DNA of 64,000 nucleotides from Macrostomum lignano (Eukaryota): NCBI GenBank assembly GCA_002269645.1, contig NIVC01000070.1, positions 310,001 to 374,000 of the forward strand, read 5' to 3'. Shown piece by piece: positions 1 to 14,025 of this stretch (position 1 is its first letter; each line of letters starts with the position of its first letter). The notes under the pieces were generated by a model. It saw only the letters and a program-made list of their open reading frames with translations, ran no database searches and was not told where the DNA came from. The position numbers and the translations under genes were made by a program.

Positions 1-2254
1 TTTGCTTGCGCCGTGTACTGCAACATGAAACTTTTTGAAAAAAACGCAAAAAACCAGTGTGTAATTAATTTTATGTTCGAAAAAAACACCAGTAAAGTGA
101 GGTGAGGACAGAGAAAAGGTGAAGGTAGCTAGCGCCGGTCGTTTGCGCGATTTTGTGAATAATTGCAACTTCAAATTGCCGCCGTCCGTAACTTGGCACT
201 CGTAAAGCCGAAAAGTTTCATGGACTTGTTCGGGTTGATTTTCTCCGTAGATACTTGGTCTGCCGGGTCCTCAATTCCGGGGGGGTAGCCGTAATTGCAG
301 TCGAGCGGTCTTTAGCAAGCACTGTCGTTCAGATGGTAGACACCGAGGTCTTGACGCCGTAAATTTCAATATTCGCCGATTTGCTTAACTGATTACTTTC
401 AGTAGAGTAGCGCTGGCACCACCGTAATTTCGTATTACGGAACGTTGAGATCTCAGAGCTCGTTCGGAGTTGAGATTAATTCGGTTGTTTTACGCCCCGC
501 GGGCAAATAACTTAAGTTAAACTAGCAGGGGGCTTCGATTAATTAATGAGAATAAAATTCTTAATGTTTAATTATATTAAACAAAAGTAGACCGAATATT
601 TATTATTAACGAAAGATATTTCCGGCGGTGCCGAGGTGCTGAATTAGGTATTCATGAAAGTTAGCCGAGTAGTTTAAGCTATTGAAACTAGTATCGCACA
701 GGCAAAGTTAAAACTATGTAACAACAATAAAAGAGCGGAATGATCCAATTAAAGCAAAAGAAAAGGGAAGGGGGGCATGATATGCATACGGTGCGGCCCA
801 ATCCGGCCATATAAATAAACAAACTAAAACAACATGTGGGGCAACCGCAGGGGCAAAGGATGGGGCGGCGGATGGAGCCACAGAAAAGCACAAAACAAAA
901 AACACAAAAATTGAAGGCCAATGCAACCGACGGGGCAAGGGATGGGGCGAGGGATGGGGCAGCAGAAGGACGGGGAAAACCACCGGCAGGGCGTCATAGC
1001 GTGAGTCATAGCTATAGGCCGAGTGGTAGATCACCCTACCACAAAAGCTTGTATTTGAATCTGTTTCATAGAAAATGCAATGTTAACGTAATTAAAAAAA
1101 GCCGTCAATACACCGGCGCAAAAAAGTGCTAATAAATAGAAATGCTAATTTTCTGCCAGAGAAAATGCGTTTAAAACAAAGATTTAGGTAGGCATTATTT
1201 GTTTGCAGTTACGGTATACGAATAGACGCGTAACCCAGTGTCTCACATACCAGAATTATGCCGGCATTATGCCAACATGCTGGCATAATCAAGGCATGAA
1301 ACTTTTTTTCCTAAAATAAGGCGCGGAGGTACAAGTGATCGGATTGAGAACTAATTTCAGCAATTAGAAGGTTTTAAAAAATAAATTGGCCATGGCACAA
1401 TCAGGGCATATTTCGGGGATCTCATGCCGCAGCATGAAATGAGCATGTGGTGCCCAAAAGGTGCCAGTGGAAAAGAAACTTATTTTGCTGAAAAACGAAC
1501 AGTCTATTATGTTTTTAAAAAAATTGTTATCTTTTATGATACATTATATAAGAATTTTCTGTGGTATTTTTTAGGCATGTATATGCCCAGGAAATTCTTA
1601 TACAGACCGACCGTACGTTATTTAGAAATGAAAATATTGTTTTCTTTTGTTGTCTTTGACAAATAAGTTGAAAAAAGTATTAGAAACTAATAATATAGAA
1701 ATTCAGAAATAAACAAAACGCATTTTAGATAAACTGCTAATACATTTTGATTTAATTACCTCTAGGGTCCCACTAATTCAAAACATAATCGCGCACGCAC
1801 GAATTGTCAACATGCACTTGTGCTGAGTACTAGTAATTGTTTTTATTATGCTTTATTTCCTACATATCATTGGAATAGTTTTACTTATAGAAGTTATAGT
1901 TTAGTGCTTTTAACTTAATCATTCTGCTTGTTTTTAAAACACAGCGGTATGTTATATACCTTGATTCATTGAATTGGCTTCAGGGTTTTTTTTTTGTGCG
2001 CAGAGTGTGCGTATGCACCCTAAATTTTAAAATCGCACCCTGAAATTAAAAAAGTAGGTGCGGTTTAGGTGCGGTCTTATAACCATTTTTCTTTAAAGGC
2101 TTAACCATGCTTAAGCTATTTTTTATGCACTGCCTTAAAATATGAAACAAAATAACTCTTTAAATCCTATTAAGTCATATAGGCGATATAGCCTATAGCT
2201 ATAGCCTTATGTAAGATAATAAAATATACATTCCCAGTTGTCTGAAATGTGAGC

Positions 2255-4740
2255 AATGTGAGGGTTTCACGAGAGATATTCAGACAAAGGCTCCCTAAAA
2301 CACGCCCCGCACCGGGCCCCGAACTGCTACACATTATAACATTTTTTGTCAATGCAGTATTTGATTGCAAGGAAAAGTTAAAATAGTAATGGAATGAATA
2401 TCTTTATTTATTTTTTTAAATATTATTTTTTATATTCTCGTTTTCATTATTTAATTATAATATTATTATTTTATTAATATTATTATTAATATCACTTATT
2501 GTTCACCGAATTTTATATTTCAAAGTAAAAAAACTAAATTTAATAAAAACTTGAAGCTTAACAGAAAACGCATTCTGAAGTGTCTTTAGTTATAGTCCAA
2601 TTTGTTTTAATGTGTAGCGCTGCAGGGCGGTGCGGGGCGTGTTTTAGGGAGACCCATTCAGACAGACATTCAAAATGATTGTCTGTAACTTCGAACAGAA
2701 TTGACCCGCTTCAACCATCTTTTTGGCAAATATTTACGCAAGTGTTGGGCGTCAAATAAGCTTTAATTTATTAACTGAAGTAAAAATCATTCTGACATAC
2801 ATTGATTTAAAAATTGCTTAGCAACACTAGCTCTGATTAGAAATCGCTTTACTGTTGACTAAAATTGTTTTGATCGTAGCAGCCTAAAAGCAGATACTGG
2901 ATTTAAAAATGCTTCGATTTACTCTATACGCATGTCTCAGCTTTAAAATGACACCTCAGGCGTCGCAAAAGACAGCTTTGATGCTGAGATATTCGACACT
3001 AAACATGCATTGCTTTGCGCAATCTCACATTCAGAAATTTCGCTGATTTTTTGTCGATGTTTGTGCAGTTGCCGTGTCCTTGTTTTTCATCAGAGTCTTG
3101 TCAAATTCTAGTCATGTCTATACGCATGTCTCAGCTTTAAAATGACACCTCAGGCATTGCAAAAGACAGCTTTGATGCTGAGATATTTGACACTAAACAT
3201 TGCTTTGCTCAAACTCACATTCGGAAACTTCACTGATTTTTATTCAATATTTGTTCAGATGCTTGTCTACTTCTCCATTTATTAACCATCGCATGGAGCC
3301 TTGCTAACGTACAAGTGTATGTAGTTACAGTAAATGGGGTTTTTGTGACTCACTTAAACTTGTTTACGCATTCTGCAGCTATTCGCCGCCTTTCATTGGA
3401 GTGATTCATGGAGTCCAGTTGATAAATTTCCACAAATTGGACTGCTTCTACGTCAGATCTCAACATTTGGAACCGTCCTTGAACTATTTCAGAGTTAAGT
3501 GAGCTAATGGCATCAAATGGAAGGCTAGTGCTCGTACTTGTAAGCGAAGCAGGTTCACAATTGAAATGGTTGTATTCATGGCCATGGGATCTAAACTGAT
3601 CTGTTTTACTTTCACGATCGCTTTGGTCTCAGAAGGAGCAGCAGTTGATGGACTGAGGTGAGAAGAAGATGTGTCACGACTTGAGCTGTTTTTAGAAAAT
3701 ATCTTTATCCAATTAAATATTTTCATGCGGCTCCTTAGGTTGTTCCGAATTCCGAGTCTAGAAGTCAAGACAGAAAAAAAGTTAAGAACTGCTACTGTAG
3801 TCCGTAGGGATTGGAAAGCTTAGCAGTACATTAGAAATCGCCAGTTCAATCTAAAAAGTTTGAAGTACATATAGCTATTGGGTTGCAACAACAGTAGAAA
3901 AAATTCTTCCTTTTTATTTTATTCCCACTGCTTACCTCATTCCGATTTGGATAGCAGAATTGCCACGCAAAAAAAGTAAAAACATAACAATAAACTATTT
4001 GCTTCATATTAATTGCCACTGACTGTTAATAAACGCGACGTCAATTTCTCTCAATAACAGTTGGAACATGTTTCTCGTACACTCGTATATTTATTTGAAC
4101 CACAAAGCGGTGAAAAAGTCATGATTGGTTGCCATATGTACAAATGTACACTCACAGACTCACTGACTCAGGTACAATCTATGCAATATAAAGGCAGGAA
4201 TCATTAAAAATCAAATACTTAAGACAGTTTAAGAGAAGTCCAGGTTTAAACTGGACATGACTAGAATTTGACAAGTTTCTGATGAAAGGCAGGGACACGG
4301 CAACTGCACAAATATCGACAAAAAATCAGTGAAATTTCTGAATGTGAGATTGCGCAAAGCAATGCATGTTTAGTGTCGAATATCTCAGCATCAAAGCTGT
4401 CTTTTGCGACGCCTGAGGTGTCATTTTAAAGCTGAGACATGCGTATAGAGTAAATCGAAGCATTTTTAAATCCAGTATCTGCTTTTAGGCTGCTACGATC
4501 AAAACAATTTTAGTCAACAGTAAAGCGATTTCTAATCAGAGCTAGTGTTGCTAAGCAATTTTTAAATCAATGTATATCAGAAGGATTTTTACTTCAGTTA
4601 ATAAATTACAGCTTATTCGACGCCCAACACTTGCGTAAGTATTTGCCAAAAAGATGGTTGAAGCGGGTCAATTTTGTTTAAAGTTACAGACGATCGTTTC
4701 GAATGTCTGTCTGAATATCTCTCGTGAAACCCTCACATTC
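2255..4740. repeat. Long inverted repeat (arms about 2255-3080, interrupted by the MITE, and about 4290-4740)
   Basis: 2881-3080 is the near-exact reverse complement of 4290-4490, and the match continues out to 4740. There is also a direct duplication of about 2925-3070 at about 3115-3260. Confidence 0.9.
2287..2655. mobile_element. Mutator-like MITE nested in the hAT element
   Basis: 9-bp TSD ATTCAGACA at 2278-2286 and 2656-2664. 24-bp perfect inverted repeat CTCCCTAAAACACGCCCCGCACCG near both ends. AT-rich core. The uninterrupted target sequence survives in the opposite arm at about 4700-4740. Confidence 0.8.
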
Positions 4741-6319
4741 TAAACAAGACTCAAGAGAAATTGCACTCTGAGCCTTAAAATCGCACCTTGAAATTTGGCA
4801 CAAGGTGCGATTTCGCACCTTATCTCTGGCGAAAAAAAACCCAGATTGGCTTGCTACCATGTTTTCTAAAAAACTTAATCTTTGCTTTGCTTTGCTTTTT
4901 TATTACAAGTTGGACTTTTAGCTGTAATACTGAAAAAGTTGTATCAGTATAACATTTAGTATGCTATAAATGTATCATCTATGCCTGTGCAATTGGATGA
5001 GTTAGAGCTAGAATTGGATTCACAGCCAGTTGAGTGATTTTGATATTGATAAAGACATGTTTATTCTTCCTTATACGTCTAATATGTAATAGCAGTTAAA
5101 TAGCTACTTTAGTTGCCTGAAGTAATTAATTAATGTGCGCTTATTTTGTCACTTTACTTAGGTTTTAGTACTTTGTGTTTAACATCTTTATGTTTGCCTC
5201 CTTCCTTTGCTATTTAATTGTGCTCTACTCTATGTACACGTGCACTATGCATGCAAAATTGTTGTACTTATAATTTTTTTATTTTCTCAAACATTATGTT
5301 AAACGGTTGATACCTAAAGTTGATATGTCCGGAACAAATTTATTTCCGCAACAATTGCTAAAATATGCATTTTGTTTGAAACTCTAATTTGCACTTTATT
5401 TTTTGTCATTTTACTTCGTAGTTTTTGTTTAACTTTCTTTTGTTTGCCTCCTTCATTTGCTATTTAATTGTGCTCTACCCTATGTACACGTGGACACGCG
5501 TACACGCATGCAAAAATTGTTGTACTTGTAATGCTTTTTTTCCCCGAACATTATATCAAACGTCAATGCCTAAAGTAATTTATTTCCGCTACAATTGCTA
5601 GCTCGTAAAAATGCGATTTTGTTGAAAAGCTCTAATGTGCACTCATTTTGTTATTTTACTTAAAAGGTTTTATTTTTTTAGTTTTTTTCGTCGCTCTTTA
5701 ATTGTGCTCTATCCTATGTACACGTGCAAGATGCAATACATGCAATAATTGTTGTATTTGTTGTTGTCCACTTACTGTTTTCTTATTTATGCTCTACGGA
5801 GTCAAATATATCTGTCTTAGCATTAGCTGCAAAAATACCATTTTTGTGCACACTAGCTGTTTTATGCCCAATTCGCTTAAATTGTTATAAAAGATTTTTA
5901 TTGATAGCCTTGTGGTTTGAGTTCTTTATAAGTTATTGATTCTCGTACTGATTTTGCTACATCACAATAAATGTACACCAAAATTACAATGGCATATCAG
6001 TGGCATATATTGAGCATATTGTGCTGGCATCTCATGCCGGAATTATGCCGGACTTCAACCACGACATTTGCCCCGGAATTATGCCGGCATAACATGCCGG
6101 CATTATGCCGGCACGTAAGACACTGGGAATGCAGTAGCGATTGCACCGTTATTTGTAAATGAAAGTAGGTAAAAGAAACATGCAAAAAGGAGATATAGCA
6201 AAAGGGAGTATCTAGCAAGGAGTCCGGCGCAACGGATTCGATTGGTGTAAGACGGGTAGTAACAGCATGGTGCACATGAGGTGTTAATTGTCTAATTTTT
6301 CAAGTTACTTGTGGAGGAA

Positions 6320-8050
6320 GATTATTTAATTATGAGTTCTCTTTATTACAGCTAGCAGGTCTTTTTTAGTTTTGCTTTCGTTTGTAGTATATAGCCTAAG
6401 CTGTAGAAATGCCTTGTGCTTAGTTGGCTTTGCCTAAAGTTTTTTCTGATATCTTGTACGGCAGCACATTCAGTACATAGTGTAAAATTTCATTTCCTGA
6501 ATCTCTGCTACAGAAAGTTTGCATTTTTCTTGGGTGTACATTTTGCTAGAGGTCCCCAGATTTCACAACCATACGTTATAAGTGACCAGAGAATTGAATA
6601 GGCTACTGATGAGCATGATGTCCAGTGTACGTGATGTCTTTGACTTTGTGACTTTGTGAATTGCAGAATTACCTTGTTTGATCTGATAGGCAACAATGCA
6701 TCTTTTTTAAAGTTGTTATTGCATGGGTTCGAAGATGATACCCAGCACAGGTATTTGAGTTCATTTACTTCTTCAATCTGTTGCTTTTCGTAGAGGATAT
6801 CAGTATCGTTATGTATTTTGCTTGTTCTTTCCCTTGAATGTAATTTGTTTCGCAGGCATTAATTCTGGAGGTAGTTTTGTCTACAGTAAGTTTCCATTGT
6901 GAGAAACATGTGTTAGAGATCATTTTCTATTTTGCTTAGTATAGCTTGATCATCTGCGAAGACGAGAATGTGGGGATAATGGGGCGAGACAAAGATGTTT
7001 CTATTAGAATAGGTTTCGAGGTATTCGATCAAGTCATTGATGTACATGTAGATAATTCACTTTCAGAAGAAAGCATGCATTTTCGTGCATGTTCTCGATT
7101 AGGTTCATCATCTTTCCTTTGATGCCTTGATTGGCTGATTTCTACTAGCGTGTTGGTTGATTTAATACTATCAAATGCTTTTTTATAGTCAATGGAACCA
7201 CATAAACAGACTCCTTTTCAGCGCTGATTTTATTAATAATTGTACAAAATCGATCATTGGTCAATTGTGCTGTGGTTCTGTTTGAAACCATACTGGTATT
7301 TAGAGATGAGGTTATTCGAATGGGCAAAGTTTTCAAGGCGCGTTTTGATGATGAGTGAGCAGAGGAGTTTACCTAGAATGGGTTGGTTGAACGCAGATGC
7401 CTCTGTAGTTGTTTGGGCCAGAGGTGCAGCCTTTGTTTTTATAAACGGGATGCAAAATGTTAGCAATCCAGTCGGTAGGGAAGGTTCCTTTATCGAGGAT
7501 CTTGTTGAATAGTTAGCATAGTGCTTCTGATAAGTCATCTCCAAAATGGAGCAATGTTTCAACATATACTCGTATTTTGTCTTTGCCAGGTCAGTTTTTT
7601 AATGTGTTTCCTAATTTCGTCTGGTGTGAAAGGAGAGTTGAAGTCATCTAGATTGAGGAGCACATTGTTGTCGAGATAGTAGCTAGTTGTTGGTAATTTT
7701 AACATTTTTGTTCAGTTGATAGGTTCTGGAAGTGTGATTTAAAGTTTCTATCAATTTTTATGCTACTAGAGTTTGCTTGACTAATAGGCTTTATGAGATT
7801 CCATAGTTTCTTTGCTTCATTTTTAATAAAGCTTGGTTTATTAGGTTTTTCTTGCTTAGTACAACTTCGTGTTTCCATTGTATGATGCTTTTTTCATAAG
7901 GTTTCCTTAAGTCCCTCTTTTTGCTTAGGTTGCTATCTGTTGTGTAAAGTTTGAACCTTCTGCAGGCATGCTTGAATGCATTTCTGAGCTTCTTTAGGTG
8001 TAGGCATAGTAAGGTTAAGCAAGTTTTCTTTCTTGTTAATAAAAGCTTTT
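6320..8050 (-). mobile_element. Degenerate non-LTR retrotransposon (LINE) ORF2 fragment
   Basis: Minus-strand motifs in the order expected for LINE ORF2: DDFNSPFTPDEIRKHIKKL (about 7600-7660), GKLLCSLIIKTRLENFAHSNNLISKYQYGFKQNHSTIDQ (7254-7375), DYKKAFDSI (about 7165-7192), LITYGCEIWG (about 6550-6580). Multiple stops and frameshifts. Confidence 0.85.
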
Positions 8051-8866
8051 TTAGTGACTTAACAATCTTAGTGATCTTAGTGACAAGATCAAACGACTTA
8101 CTATTTTAAACTAACTAGGCCTAAGTACTACAACGGACAAACGGCCTAACGGGCAAATTCAAATTCTCCACCAAATTTCCACAAAGCAGTTTCCTAACCC
8201 GATTTAAGCAAACTTACTTACATTTACTTTCGGGTTTTGAAGGCAATTTGCTCTCATTTGAACCAAATACCACCCCCGCTGAAAGGAGGCGAAACTAGTC
8301 GAGTTTTCCACAACAGTTAATAATCGATCAGCACGATAATTAGCTTCTTGTTGAGATTCAGGCTTACATGCACTCAGTGCAGCTCTCTCTCTCTTATTAA
8401 CATGCATTTCGTACAATGGGGACGAGGGGAAATATTATAGTGGGACACTGGGACACACAGGGGTACATAATTTTCAGAATAGCATCATATCGAACAAAGT
8501 CGCAGGCTATTGCCTCTATGTATGTTTACAATATACGCGAGCTACAATGCATACATATATATGTACATATCATGTCGTACTGTTACATGAAAAAACATGT
8601 TAATATTATAAAATAATAATACATGTACTGCTGGGCAGTTCTATTACATTATGATGAAACAGAAAGCAGCAGATCGGGGACGATTCATAAAATTAGCAGA
8701 AGTGCAGAGGTGTCACATGGAGGACCCCGCGTGCATCCTAAGCAAAAATCATCGTGGGGACCCCCCAGTAAATGCGGACATGCCACTGCTTTGTGCCCCC
8801 CACCCCACCTTGCTGACCCGTTATGGAAAACAATAATTTTGCTTCGGGGCGACAAAACATAGCTTC

Positions 8867-10442
8867 TGCAGCACCAAAATGAGTGCCTGAGGCGCTAAAA
8901 TGAGTGCCTGAGGCGCTAAAATGAGTGCCTGCGGCGCTAAAATGAGTGCCTGAGGCGCTAAAATGAGTGCCTGTGGCGCTAAAATGAGTGCCTGCGGCGC
9001 TAAAATGAGTGCCTGCGGCGCTAAAATGGTGCCTGCGGCGCTAAAATGAGTGCCTGTGGCGCTAAAATGAGTGCCTGAGGCGCTAAAATGGTGCCTGCGG
9101 CGCTAAAATGAGTGCCTGTGGCGCTAAAATGAGTACCTGCGAAGCCAAAATGAGTGCCTGCGAAGCCAAAATGAGTGCCTGAGGCGCTAAAATGAGTGCC
9201 TGCAGCACCAAAATGAGTGCCTGAGGCGCTAAAATGAGTGCCTGCGGCGCTAAAATGAGTGCCTGCGGCGCCAAATTGAGTGCCTGCGGCGCTAAAATTA
9301 GTGTCTGCGGCGCTTAAATAAGTGCATGGGGCGCCAAAATGAGTGCCTGCGAAGCCAAAATGAGTGCCTACAGCGCCAAAATGAGTGCCTGCGGCGCTAA
9401 AATGGTGCCTGCGGCGCCAAATTGAGTGCCTGCGGCGCTAAAATTAGTGTCTGCGGCGCTTAAATAAGTGCATGCGGCGCCAAATTGAGTGCCTGCGAAG
9501 CCAAAATGAGTGCCTGAGGCGCTAAAATGAGTGCCTGCAGCACCAAAATGAGTGCCTGAGGCGCTAAAATGAGTGCCTGCGGCGCTTAAATAAGTGCCTG
9601 CGGCGCCAAATTGAGTGCCTGCGGCGCTAAAATTAGTGTCTGCGGCGCTTAAATAAGTGCATGCGGCGCCAAAATGAGTGCCTGCGAAGCCAAAATGAGT
9701 GCCTACAGCGCCAAAATGAGTGCCTGCGGCGCTAAAATGGTGCCTGCGGCGCCAAATTGAGTGTCTGCGGCGCTTAAATAAGTGCATGCGGCGCCAAAAT
9801 GAGTGCCTGCGAAGCCAAAATGAGTGCCTACAGCGCCAAAATGAGTGCCTGCGGCGCTAAAATGGTGCCTACGGCGCCAAAATGAGTGCCTGCGGCGCTA
9901 AAATGAGTGCCTGCGGCGCTAAAATGGTGCCTACAGCGCCAAAATGAGTGCCTGCAGCACCAAAATGAGTGCCTGAGGCGCTAAAATGAGTGCCTGCGGC
10001 GCTAAAATGGTGCCTGCGGCGCCAAATTGAGTGCCTGCGGCGCTAAAATGGTGCCTACAGCGCCAAAATGAGTGCCTGCGGCGCTAAAATGGTGCCTACG
10101 GCGCCAAAATGAGTGTCTGTGGCGCTAAAATGAGTGCCTGCGGCGCTAAAATGAGTGCCTGCGGCGCTAAAATGGTGCCTGAGGCGCTAAAATGAGTGCC
10201 TGCGGCGCTAAAATGGTGCCTGCGGCGCCAAATTGAGTGCCTGCGGCGCTAAAATGGTGCCTACGGCGCCAAAATGAGTGTCTGTGGCGCTAAAATGAGT
10301 GCCTGCGGCGCTAAAATGAGTGCCTGCGGCGCTAAAATGGTGCCTGAGGCGCTAAAATGGTGCCTGAGGCGCTAAAATGGTGCCTGAGGCGCTAAAATGA
10401 GTGCCTGCGGCGCCAAAATGAGTGCCTGCGGCGCTAAAATGA
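8867..10442. repeat. Minisatellite, 20-22-bp unit GGCGCTAAAATGAGTGCCTGC (about 75 copies)
   Basis: Direct tandem repetition visible in the sequence; several unit variants. Confidence 0.97.
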
Positions 10443-11179
10443 ACGATCACGGACCTTGTGGTCCTTGTGAACGATGACAACACCGATTCGGAAATAATGT
10501 ACATGTAGAATTCTTGGCTTTATCCCCACCATAAAATCCAGTGCGACGCCCCTAGGCCAAAGTATAGTTGTTGGGAAACTGCTATAAATTTGGGGGCGCC
10601 AAAGCTGCTGTAAAAGAAGGCGCGAAATGAGCGGGCAAAAGCGGGGGCGCCTAATTTCTTCCGGTTTAATTAGAGTGGGCGCCCCCCCCCCCTGCCATCT
10701 GGCTACGCCCTTGCAAATAGGCGCTCCTTTTCCCCTAGCCAGCGCCAGAGTAGTGAGCCAGAAAGGGACCGAGATCTACAAAAGGAACAAAGCGGGAGAC
10801 CTGAACAAACAGGGCAGAACTGCATTTGAGAAGGAAAAAGAGGGAACCGTGGCTCCTACATGTAGACGCTAGCTGTGCAACATTTCCGACATCCGCCGAT
10901 TGCATTCGACATCGATGGACATCGGAACGGTCAACGACAGCCAACGTCGGATCGCTGTACGGGTGTATGGAGAGAACCAATTGCCTGTACCCGCTTTACC
11001 CTCAAGGGTAGATATAGCTGCCAATCTTGAAGTGCATTCACGAAGAATAAAGCCGATGAAACAAGACAAAGCTGAGAGTTGATCGCTTAAATCATAAAAG
11101 TCACTGGCAAACTTTTAGAGTTGAAAAATGCATTGCCAATATTTAACTATTCCACCTGTACCAAATGCCTAAAATCTCT

Positions 11180-12925
<1,746 letters not shown>

Positions 12926-13558
12926 GCAAGCTGGCTTCATAAATACGTATCCGAGTAAACTTCTGAATCTCAGACAAAACACACTCAGTTGCTCGATTTT
13001 CGATTGGGAAGCTCACAAGGTAAGATTGTTTTTAACCTTGTGCTGAAAAATTGAAAAACGTCTCTAGCCAATGCATTTTGCCGCAAAGACCGCCTACCAA
13101 TAAAGGTTGCGTGTGTAGCTTCTTTAATTACACTGTAAGCTGTCTATGCTGTCTATCATGTCAAGTCTCAAACATTGTCTCAAAGCCGCCCGATGGAGAG
13201 CTCGGTGCCGATGATGGATCGGAGCTTGCTTACGACGCAGAACTGCAGCTTGCCGAGATGTAAACACGTTCAGATTTCCAGGCTCTTTTTACCAAATTAA
13301 GTAACGATATCCGATAGCCCCATCTCCTCGATTGGGAAATGTAGGATTGCGTAGGCCGCCTTTCGATTGCTTATAATTGCTGTTTTCGCACCATCAGGAA
13401 AGCGTGCGGGGGAGGCGCCAGTTTTCCAATTAGACGCCCAGTTACTCGCGTAGGTGTGCTTGAAGCGAGCTCAGCTCCGCCTCCGATTCGATTCAGCTGC
13501 GATTATTGGCCGCGGCAACGCCGACGCAGCACTCGGCATGCGCGTGACTCCCTGGCTG

Positions 13559-13565
13559 TATTTAA
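13559..13565 (+). promoter_or_regulatory. TATA-like box upstream of the small secreted peptide gene
   Basis: TATTTAA about 100 bp upstream of the ATG at 13660; position is plausible but not proven. Confidence 0.35.
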
Positions 13566-13659
13566 GCGAAGCGACTGATCGGCTCTGGGAGAGCAGTGTC
13601 AAGACTGCTACACTCGCAGCCACTGCTGGCAAAACTGAAACCTGTCTGAAAGCTATATT

Positions 13660-14025
13660 ATGAATCTGCTACTTATTGCCAGCGTCTGTCTGCTAGGCTT
13701 TGCTGCTGCTAGCGGCTCGACTATCAGCAGAAACTACCCTCTGGTGAAGCCGATCGCCGACAACCATCCGGCTAACAAGCGGCTGGCCAGCACCATGATG
13801 TGTAAGCTGACCCGTTTACTGCTGAAATTCAAATTGAAAGTCAAATGAAATTTACGTCCGCTGCCTAAACAATTATTTTTTCCAGACGAGGTGGAAATGA
13901 ATTGGAACTATATCTGTACGCTGTTCTGCTATTCGCGAGGCCGATACTACTACAGTCGCTGTCTTACGGACCAGAACTTTAGTAGCCGTACGCTCGCCGA
14001 ACGCTGCCCGTGTCACAGCTGCTAA
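13660..14025 (+). CDS. Small secreted cysteine-rich prepropeptide, 93 aa, 2 exons (13660-13801, 13886-14025)
   Basis: Signal-like N-terminus MNLLLIASVCLLGFAAASG. 84-nt phase-1 intron GTAAGC...TTTTTTCCAG. The spliced frame gives ...NKR-LASTMMYEVEMNWNYICTLFCYSRGRYYYSRCLTDQNFSSRTLAERCPCHSC*, with a dibasic site and 6 Cys. Confidence 0.75.

Larger units (their letters stand above)
1981..4844. mobile_element. hAT-family non-autonomous DNA transposon nested in the element above
   Basis: Perfect 8-bp TSD ATTGGCTT at 1973-1980 and 4845-4852. Imperfect TIRs CAGGGTTTTTTTT / AAAAAAAACCCAG. A degenerate minus-strand segment at about 3720-3850 (FFSVLTSRLGIRNNLRSRM) loosely resembles the hAT C-terminal dimerization motif. 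Confidence 0.8.
1234..6127. mobile_element. Non-autonomous DNA transposon with CCCAGTGTCT terminal inverted repeats (possibly CMC/EnSpm-like)
   Basis: CCCAGTGTCT at 1234-1243 and its reverse complement AGACACTGGG at 6118-6127. Palindromic ATGCCGGCAT subterminal repeats cluster at both ends (about 1255-1290 and 6030-6112). AA on both flanks could be a 2-bp TSD. Three diverged ~250-bp internal direct repeats (about 5195, 5443, 5697). Confidence 0.65.

Noticed and set aside
8867-10442. CRISPR-like appearance of this and other 20-46-bp arrays
   Set aside because: Units are head-to-tail with no unique spacers, no cas genes are present, and the context is eukaryotic.
13175-13263. Coding-like tail KPPDGELGADDGSELAYDAELQLAEM*
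   Set aside because: No upstream exon could be linked; too short to support.
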